From an uncultured Chloroflexia bacterium (GTDB lineage: Bacteria; Chloroflexota; Anaerolineae; JAAYZQ01): DNA of 64,000 bases. The notes under the pieces are model-generated. The model was given only the letters and a program-made list of their open reading frames with translations. It did not search any database and was not told where the DNA came from. Shown one piece after another: positions 10,015 to 22,000 of this stretch. The stretch spans positions 288,001 to 352,000 of the forward strand of contig CAVOXA010000014.1 in the NCBI GenBank assembly GCA_963700285.1, in the 5' to 3' direction. Position numbers and translations under genes: made by a program. The stretch's first letter is position 1. Each line of letters begins with the position of its first letter.

Positions 10015-13000
10015 TCACGGTAGCTTTACGGTCTGTGCCGGCCTGACCTCGCAGGCAGGCATGGACAGCTCGACCTGGCCGCCGGCCGGACCGATGACTT
10101 CTAGCTTGAGCTGCAGGTCGCTACAGTCGGCCAACGGCAGGTTTGTGGACCAGTAACCCAGGTCATCGACAGTAGCCGACAGGGGTTCAGACAGGCTGCC
10201 GTCGGTACTGGCGAGCCAGAGGCGTGCTAGGGCGCCAACCGCTGGTTGACCGCTGGTTGTCTGTACCTGACCGTAGGCCACGAAAGGCAGGGCCGGGATC
10301 TGCGAAGTCTTGGTGGTGACACTGTAGAGCGCACTACCCATGTCATCGACGATCTTGCCAGCGTGGACGTGGAAGAAGTAGGTCGTGTTGGGCTTGAGTT
10401 GGGTGAGGGTCACGTGATGCACCATGGAAGCTGCTGCATCCTGCTGAGCCAATGTGCCGAGTTGTTCTGTCTCGCCATACTCGAGCCAGCCGGAGCTGGG
10501 GCTGTCGGTGCGCCAGGAGACGGAAAAAGTCACGTCCCGGTGGTTGGAGACCAAGATATCGGAGACAGTAGGTATGGTCGCAGCGTAACTGGCCAGAAGC
10601 TGGTCGGGTGCAGAGTCCAGGGTCGTGGCCTTGGACAGGTGTGGAGCAGCTACCCGCGCGGGCTCGTGGTTGGGGAGTCCGGTGACACGGGCGGAGCGGC
10701 CGAAGGTGTTGTTATCATCTGAGGCCAACTCGGGATCGTGGGTAAGGAGTCCGGTGACACCGCCGGGTGTGTAGGTAGTAGCGTTGGCGCACTTGACAAA
10801 ATAGCCCACGTCGTTGCCGAGGTTAAAATTGTTGAAGGGCAGATCCCGGACGTGGCCTTCCCAGCGGCCATCCTGCCACTGGTAGAGCTCAGTGCAGTCT
10901 CCGCCCTGGGCAGAGGCCTCGTCGAGCAGCGTCTCAGCGGTCATGGGCGCGGGCAGCTTGGGCAGGCCGATGAGTGTCCAAGTCGGATTGAGTTGCACGG
11001 GTACAGGGCTGGCGGGCGCCTCGCCTGTACGCTGCCAGGTACTGGCCTGGTCGACCTGGACAAAATAGCCCTGGCCGAGCTGTAGTGTAAAGTTGTTGCC
11101 AGGAGGTCCGCCATCATAGCACTGCCAGTCGTCGACGTCGGAGAGCCAGGCACAGAGTTGGAGAGCGTTGCCACCCTGGTTCAGGATCTCGGTGCGTGCC
11201 GCCTCAGCATCGGTCGGTGGATCGGTCTGTACGGTGGGCGCTATCAGGGTCCAATCCCCGGTCAGGTCGTGGCTTGACGGAACAGAATGCTCGCCGTAGG
11301 TGATGTGGAGTTCTGGGGCCATGCCTGGGTCGCCGTCGAAGGATTCAGCGTCGCGCTTGCCGGTGCCGGAGATGAGGAGGGCCAGGCCGTTGCCAGAGGT
11401 CCAGCCGCCGCGGTCCACGATCTCCTGGATGATGGGCGCCAGGTTGGGTGAATCGTAGGGGTCACCGAGGGTCGTCCAGGGAGGGACGTTGTCCCACGGG
11501 ATCGAGGCCGAGGTTATGGTCCGGCCCGAGATGTCGCCGCTGGCCGCGGAGAAGGTGGGGGCATCGTCGGTGTCGTGGCCTTGGAAGAGGAGGTTGGTGT
11601 CCCCAGTCTGGACCCCCGCGGCGTAAAAGGTTACGTGGGCCTCCTGGATATTCGCGCCCTGAGGGATCGTGACGTTTTGGAAGCGGATGCCAACGGTCTG
11701 CACGTTACCGTTGTCGTCCGTGAGGTCCAAGTCCCAACTGCCGAGGTTGACTGCACCGCTACTGAGTCTCTCCTCGGCATCGTCGCTGTCCTGGCTGACC
11801 TGGAGGTCCAGCGTGGCGCCAGTGAACTCGCCAAAGAGGGCGGTGACCGATTTGTTGGCGTTCATGGTGAGCGAATCCGGGTTGGTGGAGCTAGAGAGAT
11901 GGCCGGTCCAGTTGACAAAGGTGTAGCCGGTGTTGGCGTTGGCCGTGAGCTGGACAACAGTACCCTCGCTGTAGGTGCCGCCAGCGCAGTCCGGTGGGGG
12001 GGCGACGTCGATGGTGCCGGCGCCGACAGGGAAGACAGCGGTGGTCAACGAGTAACAGGGTGGCCCGTCAAAGTGTGCGGTGACGTCCCTGTTGCCGTTC
12101 ATGGTGACGCTGTCGGGGTTGGTAGAACCGGTGAGGGCGCCGGACCAGTTGGCAAAGGTGTAGCCGCTGTTAGCGTTGGCTGTGAGTTCGACGACGGTAC
12201 CTTCGTGATATTTCGTCCCCTGGCAGTTTGGTGCTGGGTTGGCGACGACGGTGCCCCCGGAAGCAGGGTCGACGGACGTGGTCAGGGTATAGCAGGGCGG
12301 CGGCGTGCCAAAGGTCGTAAAGTTCCAGATGGGCCCCTCTGTGGTCGAGGAGCCATCGGAAACCTCCACGTACCACTCGTAGGGCGTTCCCGCAAACAGT
12401 CCCGGCCAGGCGATGGACGCATTCCCACCACTGGCCACGCCGCTCACGGTCCCCAGATTAGAGAAGGGGCCCGCGCCATCCATGTCATAGCTCAGGTCAA
12501 ACTGGCTGTTGGCGTCGGTCTCGAATTGATTGAGCGTCGGCGAATAGGTCTTGACGTGGATCGTGTCGTCCGTCGGCGAGAACTCGAGGGTGCGCAGCCA
12601 GCCATCCCCTCCGTTCGAGCGGCCTTGGTAGTCGGCAAGCAGCGTATGCACGGTGCTGCCGTTGTAGACATCGGTCCTCCGCGCCTCGGTCGTAACGTGC
12701 CCGCAGAGCATGAGGAACAAGTTAGGATTGTCCTTCAGCGCATCGTAGGTGGCCTGCCCCTGGGAAGACCAGGCGCCACTGCTGCCGATCAACCGGTGGG
12801 CCACGACGATCGCCCTGCGATCACTGTGGGTCTTCAGGAGGCCATCTGCCCAATCCAGCAGCGACTGGGGAGGGCTGTCATAGTAGCCAAAGTGGATGGC
12901 GATGAAGCCCATGCCGCCCCCGTCAAAGAGCTGATAGCTGTCCTCATTGTCTCCGTCGTAGGAGCCACCGTAATAACCTCTGCCCGCGAATCGGGACACA

Positions 13001-16000
13001 GGAAAGTAGGTGTTATAGTTGTCAGTGGGCATATCGTGATTGCCGTAGACAAGGCCATAGGGGATGCCATCAGGCAACCCAGTAGTGGCTGGATCCTCCA
13101 ACAGGCTCATAGCCGCATCGGCGTTATCCCACTGGTAGGTCTCGGTCGCGACTTCGACGATGTCCCCTTCGTGGGTGACAAAGGCGATGTTCATGGTGTC
13201 CTTATTCTGGACGATCCACTGCGTCTGGGCCGAAAAGGTCTGGGGATAGCTCTCAGAGTAGTACTGGGTGTCGGGCAGGACAATGATGCTAAAGGCCTCT
13301 CCGGTGCCCGCGCCGGCTTCGCGGCCGTAGAAGTTGACGTCCATCGTTTCCAGCTCTGGATCAGAGACGGTGACCTCCAGGGTTGGCGGGGTGACGACAC
13401 CCACGGCCCCATTCGCCGGTTGCACCAGCGTGGGCTCGTAGGGCGGATCGTTAAAGATCAAGTTAAAGGGTGCCCCACCCACCCAGCTATAGCCGCTCCC
13501 CATCACGGTTCCAGTAACCGAGGAGCCGGCAGTATCACCGACGGTGGTACCCGTGCCCTCATCCACGCCCCAGCGGGCCACCAGCCCTGTCTGCGGGCCC
13601 GCAAGCTCGTCATTGATGGTAGCACGGATCTCGGTCTGAGTGCGTGCTGAATCCCAGACACGGGCTTCGTCGATGACGCCATCAAAGCGGCCCTCCGGCG
13701 TGCCATCGGACTCCATGGCCGTGGCCAGGCCGGCGTGTTGGATACTATCAGAGCGGGGCGGTTCTCCCACAACCAGTTCTGCCTCGAGGCGCCCATTCAG
13801 GAAGAGCTGCCACTTGTTGCCGTCATAGGTCGCGGCGGCGTGGTACCAGATGTCATTGCTGATAGTCGTTGTGCCAATGATCGGGTGGTTCAGGCTAGGA
13901 CTAGAGCCGCCTGCCCCCTCCTCAAAGTCGGCCATCAGGACGCTGTCCGAGGCGCGAATGCCCAGGAAGTAGTTCATGTCCTTGTTGTCCGCGTCATCGA
14001 CCTCGCTCGTGCCGTTTGTCAGCAAAGGTATGGCATCGTCCACGCCACCGGTGCCCGTTGTGGTCGTTTGTCCCGCACCCTGCCGCTTGAACCAGGTCTC
14101 GATGGTGAACTCGGGCAGGCCGAGGGTGGGAGCGGGGCCAAAGGTGACATAGGCGTTGGAGCTGCCAAAGTCCAGGGCGTGGTTGGTCGCCACCGGCGTG
14201 GTGGCGCAGTCCATGTTGGTATAGGCGGACGGACCGGCGGCATTCCTGGCCCGGACGCGGTAGCAGTATTCCTGCTCTGGAACCACGCTCAGGTCCGAGT
14301 AGGTCGTGACATTGGCCGGGCCTGTGCCCAGGGGGCTGTAGGTTCCGCCAATACCGGTCGTTGAGCGCTCGACATCAAAGATGGCTTCATTGTCCGCGTT
14401 GTCGGTCCAGGCCAAGTGGACCTCGGCGTGCGAGTAGGCCGTGGCGGTCAGGGCGGTGGGTGCATCGGGCGGATCGTTAAAGTTCAGGTTAAAGGGCGCG
14501 CCCCCCACCCAGCTATAGCCGCTGCCCATCACAGTGCCGTTGACCGTGGTACCGGCTGAGCCGTTGACTGCAGTCCCGGAGCCTTCGTCCAGGCCCCAAC
14601 GGGCCACGAGCCCGGCCCGCGGGGTCGTGATCTCTGAGTTGGCATCGAGCTGGATCTCGAGTACGCTGCGCGCGTGGTCCCAGATACGGACCTCGTCGAG
14701 CACGCCGTCAAAGTAGCCCTCCGGTGCCCCGGTAGAGGTCATGGCCGTGGCCAGGCCCGCGTGCTGGATGCTGTCGGACCGGACCGGCTCTCCTACCACC
14801 AGTTCCGCCTCGAGATTGCCATTGAGGAAGAGCTGCCACTTGTTGCCGTCATAGGTGACCGCAGCGTGGTACCAGGTGTTGTTGCTGATGGAAGTGGTGC
14901 CAATGACCGGGTGGTTCTGGCTGGGGCTTGATCCAGCCGCACCCTCCTCAAAGTCGGCGATCAAGACACCGTCCGAGGCGCGGATACCCAGGAAGTAGTT
15001 CATGTCCCTGTTATCAGGTACGTCAACCTCTCCTACACCCTTTGTCACCAGGGGGATGGCGTCGGTTACGCCACCGGAGCCCGTCGAGGTCGTCACCCCG
15101 GTACCCTCTCGCTTGAACCAGGTCTCGACGGTGAACTCGGGCAAACCGAGGCTGAGTGTCGGGCCAAAGGTGACGTAGGCGTTGTTCGTGCCAAAGTCCA
15201 AGGCGGTGTGGACCTCGGTTGTAGTCGTCGCGCAGTCGGCGTTGCTGTAGGCCGAGGGTCCGCTGGCATTGGTGGCCCGAACACGATAGCAGTATTCGGT
15301 TTCCGGAGCCAGGCCGCTGTCCGAGTAGGCGGTGGTGTTGGCCCCGATGGTGTCCAGGGGGCTGTAAGTGCCGCCAATGCCGGTGGTCGAGCGCTCGATC
15401 TCAAAGTTGGTTTCGTCGCTGGCATTGTCGGTCCAGGACAGGCCGATGGAATTCGCCGAGCTCGCGCTTGCTGCCAGGCCTGTGGGTGCGGCGGGCACCG
15501 AAAAGGCAATGTCAAAGGGGGCGCCAGGGGTCACCCAGCTATAGCCGGTGCCCAGGATCGTGCCATTGACGGCGGATCCCGTGGAATCATGGACATCGGT
15601 TCCACTGCCTTCGTCCAGGCCCCAGCGGGCCACGAGCCCTGCCTGGGGAATCTTGATCTCAGAGTTGACGTCGCCCTGGATCTGGGCATGGGTGCGGGCG
15701 TGATCCCAGATGCGGGCCTCGTCGAGCACGCCATCAAAGAAGCCGGCCGGCGTGCCATCGGATAGCATTGCCGTGCCCAGGCCGGCGTGCTGGATGCTGT
15801 CGGAGCGGACCGGTTGGCCCACGACCAGTTCCGCCTCAAGGTTGCCATTGAGGAAGAGCTGCCACTTGTTGCCGTCGTAAGTGGCGGCGGCGTGGTACCA
15901 GGTGTCATTGCTGATAGCCGTGGTACCGATGATCGGGTGGTTCTGGCTGGGGCTTGAGCCACCCCCGCCCTCCTCAAAGTCGGCGATCAGGACGCTGTCC

Positions 16001-19000
16001 GAGGCGCGGATTCCGAGAAAGTAGTTCATGTCCTTATTGTCAGCGTCGTCGACCTCTCCCGTGCCCTTTGTCACCAGGGGGATGGCATCGCCTACACCAC
16101 CGCTGCCCGTATTGGTCGTGACCCCAGCGCCCTCCCGCTTGAACCAGGTCTCGAGGGTGAACTGAGCCAGGCCCAGGGTAGAGGTCGGGCCAAAGGTGAC
16201 GTAGGCGTTGTTCGTGCCAAAGTCCAAGGCGTTGTGGACCTCGGCCGGGGTGGTCGCGCAGTCGGGGCCAGCGTAGGCCGACTCACCGGCGGCATTGGTC
16301 GCCCGGGCACGGTAGCAGTACTCAGTCTCAGGATCAAGGCCGCTGTCAGAGTATGCGGTGGCATTGGCCGAGGTGGTGTGCAGGGGGCCATAAGTGCCGC
16401 CGATGCCGGTGGTAGAGCGCTCGATCTCAAAACCGGTTTCGTTGTCCGAGTTGTCCGTCCAGGCCAGGTCGATCTGGATCGCCGAGGCTGCCGTTGCCGC
16501 CAGGGCTGTGGGTACAGCAGGGGGCGATACAGCGATGTTGAAGGGGGCGCCAGGGGTCACCCAGGTATAGCCGGTACCCATGACCGTGCCGTTGACGGTG
16601 GTGCCCGCCGAGCCATTCACTGCCGTTCCAGTCGCCTCGTCCAAGCTCCAGCGGCCCACGAGCCCGGCCTGCGGCGTCGTGATCTCAGAGTTGACGTCGC
16701 CCTGGATCTCGAGGTGGGTGCGGGCGTGATCCCAGATGCGGACTTCGTCGATGACGCCATCGAAAAAGCCCTCCGGTGTGCCATCAGAGATCATGGCGGA
16801 GCCCAGCCCGGCGTGCTGGATGCTGTCGGAACGGACCGGCTCTCCTACGACTAGTTCTGCCTCGAGGTTGCCATTGAGGAAGAGCTGCCACTTGTTGCCG
16901 TCATAGGTAGCGGCGGCGTGGTACCAGGTGTCATTGCTGAGGGTCGTTGTGCCGATGATCGGGTGGTTCAGGCTGGGACTGGAGCCGCCTGCCCCCTCCT
17001 CAAAGTCCGCCATCAGGACGCTATCCGAGGCGCGGATGCCCAGGAAGTAGTTCATATCCTTGTTGTCAGCGTCGTCGGCCTCGCTCGTGCCCTTTGTCAC
17101 CAGGGGGATGGCATCGTCCACGCCACCCGTACCTGTCGTGGTCGTAACCCCAGGTCCCTCTCGCTTGAACCAGGTCTCGACGGTGAACTGGGCCAGGCCC
17201 AAGCTGGGAGCGGGGCCAAAGGTGACATAGGCATCGGTCCCGACAAAGTCCAGGGCGCTGTTGGGCAGCGCGGTCGTGGTGGCGCAGTCGGGGTCACTGA
17301 AGGCGGATTCACCGCCGACGTTGGTGGCCCGGACACGGTAGCAGTACTCCTCCTCAGCGGTCAGGCCCAGGTCTGAGAAGCTGATGATATTGGCCGCCAC
17401 TGTGTCCAGAGGGCTGTAGGTCCCAGCGATACCGGTGGTGGAGCGCTGGATCTCAAAACTGGTCTCATTGTCAGCGTTATCGGTCCAGGCCAGGTTGATC
17501 TGCTCGGCCGAGACAGCGGTAGCCGCCAGGTCTGTGGGCGCGGCAGGTGGCGATATGACAATGTCAAAGGGAGCGCCCGGCGCCCAGCTATAGCCAGTGC
17601 CCATGACGGTGCCGTTGACGGTGGTGCCGGCCGAGCCGTTGACCGCCGTTCCGGAGCCCTCGTTGAGGCCCCAGCAAGCGACAAGCCCAGCCTGGGGAGT
17701 CGTGATTTCCGAATTGATGTCGGTCTGGATCTCAAGCTGGCTACGGGCGTGGTCCCAGATACGAACCTCGTCCAGCACGCCATCAAAGTAACCGGCCGCT
17801 GTGCCAGCGGAGGTCATAGCCGAGGCCAGGCCAGCGTGTTGGATGCTGTCCGAACGGGGCGGCTGTCCCACGACCAGTTCCGCCTCGAGATTGCCGTTGA
17901 GGAAGAGCTGCCACTTGTTGCCGTCATAGGTGGCCGCGACGTGGTACCAGGTGTCGTTGTTGATAGGCGTGGTGCCGATCACCGGATGGTTTTGGCCCGG
18001 ACTCGAGCCGGTCGCACCTTCCTCAAAGTCGGCAAAGAGCACGTTGTCCGAGGCGCGGATACCGAGGAAGTAGTTCGTGTCCACGTTGCTGCCCTCGGCT
18101 TCGCCCCTGCCCTTCGTCACCAGCGGGATGGCGTTGGTCACGCCCCCGGTGCCTGTCGTCGTGGTTTCACCAGCCCCTTCCCTCTTGAACCAGGTCTCGA
18201 CGGTGAACTGGGCCAGATCCAGGGCGGCGGGATCGCCAAAGGTCACATAATCATCGGTCCCGCCAAAGTCCAGCGCGGGATTGGCCAGCACATCGGTGGT
18301 GTCGCATTGAACGCTGGTATAGTCGGACTCACCGGCGGCATTGGTCGCCCGAACCTGGTAACAGTACTCTTGCCCGGGGGTCAGGCCCAGGTCTGAATGG
18401 CTCTCGGCGTTGGCCGGTAGGGTGATCAGCGGGCTGAAGGGCCCGCCGCTCCCGGTGGTGGAGCGCTCGACCTCAAAGTTGGTCTCGTTGTCGGCATTGT
18501 CCGTCCAGGCCAGGTCGATCTGGGCGTGGGAAGCCGTGGTGGCCGATAGGCCGGTGGGAGCAGCCGGTGCGACGGTGAAGGAGATGTTAAAGGGCGCGCC
18601 GGGCGTTACCCAGGCAGCCCCGCCGACGGTCCCATGGACGGCAGATCCAGCGGAGTCGAAGGCCATGGTCCCGGAGCCTTCGTTCAGGCCCCAGCGGGCC
18701 ACGAGCCCGGCCTGGGGGCTGGAGAGTTCGTCGTTGATGGTCGCCCGGATCTCGGCCTCGGAGCGCGCCGAATTCCAGATGCGGGCCTCGTCGAGGACCC
18801 CGTCAAAGTAGCCCTGTCGCGTGCCAATGGAGGTGATGGCGGTAGCCAGACCGGCGTGTTGGATGCTATCGGAGCGCGGCGTGGCCGTTTCGGCCAGCGT
18901 CTGGTCCAGAACACCGTTAAGGTATAGCTTCCAGTTGGCGCCATCATAGGTGACGGCGGCATGGTACCAGACGTCGTTGGCAATAGCCGTGGTGCCAACA

Positions 19001-22000
19001 ACCGGGTGGTTTCCGCCGCTGTCCATGTCCTCAAAGTCAGCCACGAGCACGCCGGCGCTGGCATCAATGCCCAGGAAGTAGTTCATGTCCCTGTTGTTGC
19101 CGTCGGCTTCGCCCCTGCCCTTTGTCACCAGAGGGATGGCAGCGTCGATGCCTCCCGTGCCCGTCGAGGCACTTTGGCCGGGGCCTTCTCGCTTGAACCA
19201 GGTCTCGAGGGTGAACTGGGCCAGGCCCAGGGCGGGTGCCTGTCCAAAGGTGACATAGTCACTGGACCCGTTAAAGTCCAGGGCGTTGCTCGCCTCGGCC
19301 GGGGTGGTCGCGCAGTCGGGGTCAGCGTAGGTCGAGGGACCGGTAGCATTCGTGGCCCGGACGCGATAGCAGTACTCCTGCTCGGGAGTCAGGCCCAGAT
19401 CGGAGTAAGCCGTGACGTTGGCCCCGGCCGTGTCCAGAGGGGTGTAGGCGCCGCCAATGCCGGTTGTGGAACGCTCGATCTCGAAGCCGGTCTCGTTGCC
19501 GGCGTTGTCGGTCCAGGCCAGGTCGATCTGGTACGCCGAGCTTTCAGTTGCCGCCAGGGCCGTGGGGGCGGCGGGTGCCGGTATGACGATGTCAAAGGGG
19601 GCGCCAGGGGTCACCCAGGCATAGCCAGTGCCCATGACGGTACCGTTGACACTAGTACCAGCTGAGGCATTGACCGCCGTTCCGGTGCCTTCGTCCAGGC
19701 TCCAGCGGCCCACGAGCCCGGCCTGCGGGGTCTCGATCTCAGCGTTGATGTCAGTCTGGATTTCGAGCTGGGTTCGGGCGTGGTCCCAGATACGAACCTC
19801 ATCCAGCACACCATCAAAGTAGCCTTCCGGTGCACCACTGGATCTCATGGCCGTGGCCAGGCCGGCGTGTTGGATGCTGTCGGAACGGACCGGTTCTCCT
19901 ACGACTAGTTCTGCCTCGAGGTTGCCATTGAGGAAGAGCTGCCACTTGTTCCCGTCATAGGTGGCCGCTACGTGGTACCAAGAGTCGTTGCTGATGGGCG
20001 TGGTGCCGATCACCGGATGGTTGAGACCCGGGCTTGCAGCGCTCGCGCCTTCCTCAAAGTCGGCAAAGAGCACGTTGTCCGAGGCGCGGATGCCGAGAAA
20101 GTAGTTGGTATCGACGTTGCTGCTTTCGGCTTCGCCCCGACCCTTGGTCACCAAGGGTATGGCGTTGGTCACGCCACCGATGCCTGTTGTGGTAGTTTGA
20201 CCAGTCCCTTCCCTCTTGAACCAGGTCTCGACGGTGAACTGGGCCAGCCCCAGACCAGGAGCAACGCCAAAGGTGACATAGCCATCGGTCCCGGCAAAGT
20301 CCAAGGCGCTATTGGGCAGCGCGGTCGTGGTGGCGCAGTCGGGGTCACTGAAGGCGGATTCACCGCCGACGTTGGTGGCCCGGACACGGTAGCAGTACTC
20401 CTGCCCGGCAGTCAGGCCCAGGTCCGAGTAGTCCGTGGCGCTAGCTCCGACAGTGTCCAGGGGGCTGTACGTCCCACCAATGCCGTCGGTGGAACGCTGG
20501 ATCTCAAAACTGGTCTCATTGTCAGCGTTATCGGTCCAGGCCAGGTTGATCTGCTCGGCCGAGACAGCGGTAGCCGCCAGGTCTGTGGGCGCGGCAGGTG
20601 GCGATATGACAATGTCAAAGGGAGCGCCCGGCGCCCAGCTATAGCCAGTGCCCATGACGGTGCCGTTGACGGTGGTGCCGGCCGAGCCGTTGACCGCCGT
20701 TCCGGAGCCCTCGTTGAGGCCCCAGCAAGCGACAAGCCCAGCCTGGGGAGTCGTGATTTCCGAATTGATGTCGGTCTGGATCTCAAGCTGGCTACGGGCG
20801 TGGTCCCAGATACGAACCTCGTCCAGCACGCCATCAAAGTAACCGGCCGCTGTGCCAGCGGAGGTCATAGCCGAGGCCAGGCCAGCGTGTTGGATGCTGT
20901 CCGAACGGGGCGGCTGTCCCACGACCAGTTCCGCCTCGAGATTGCCGTTGAGGAAGAGCTGCCACTTGTTGCCGTCATAGGTGGCCGCGACGTGGTACCA
21001 GGTGTCGTTGTTGATAGGCGTGGTGCCGATCACCGGATGGTTTTGGCCCGGACTCGAGCCGGTCGCACCTTCCTCAAAGTCGGCAAAGAGCACGTTGTCC
21101 GAGGCGCGGATACCGAGGAAGTAGTTCGTGTCCACGTTGCTGCCCTCGGCTTCGCCCCTGCCCTTCGTCACCAGCGGGATGGCGTTGGTCACGCCCCCGG
21201 TGCCTGTCGTCGTGGTTTCACCAGCCCCTTCCCTCTTGAACCAGGTCTCGACGGTGAACTGGGCCAGATCCAGGGCGGCGGGATCGCCAAAGGTCACATA
21301 ATCATCGGTCCCGCCAAAGTCCAGCGCGGGATTGGCCAGCACATCGGTGGTGTCGCATTGAACGCTGGTATAGTCGGACTCACCGGCGGCATTGGTCGCC
21401 CGAACCTGGTAACAGTACTCTTGCCCGGGGGTCAGGCCCAGGTCTGAATGGCTCTCGGCGTTGGCCGGTAGGGTGATCAGCGGGCTGAAGGGCCCGCCGC
21501 TCCCGGTGGTGGAGCGCTCGACCTCAAAGTTGGTCTCGTTGTCGGCGTTGTCCGTCCAGGCCAGGTCGATCTGGGCGTGGGAAGCCGTGGTGGCCGACAG
21601 CCCGGTGGGAGCAGCCGGTGCGACAATGAAGGAGATGTTAAAGGGCGCGCCAGGCGTCACCCAGGCCGCCCCGCTGACGGTCCCATCGGCGGAAGAGCCA
21701 GCGGCATTGTAGGCCATGGTCCCGCTGCCTTCGTTCAGGCCCCAGCGGGCCACGAGCCCGGCCTGGGGGCTGGAGAGTTCGTCGTTGATGGTCGCCCGGA
21801 TCTCGGCCTCGGAGCGCGCCGAATTCCAGATGCGGGCCTCGTCGAGGACCCCGTCAAAGTAGCCGGACCGCGAGCCGATGGAAGTCATGGCCGTGGCCAG
21901 ACCGGCGTGCTGGATGCTGTCGGAGCGCGGGGTGGCGCCTTCATTTTCAGTCCCGTCCAGCACGCCATTCAGATATAGCACCCAATCAGAACCATCATAG

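Noticed and set aside
11575-13650. Long antisense ORFs (691 aa here; also 37962-40004, 8531-9727 and 19972-21447)
   Set aside because: These are shadow frames opposite well-supported genes in GC-rich DNA, with no recognisable motifs.
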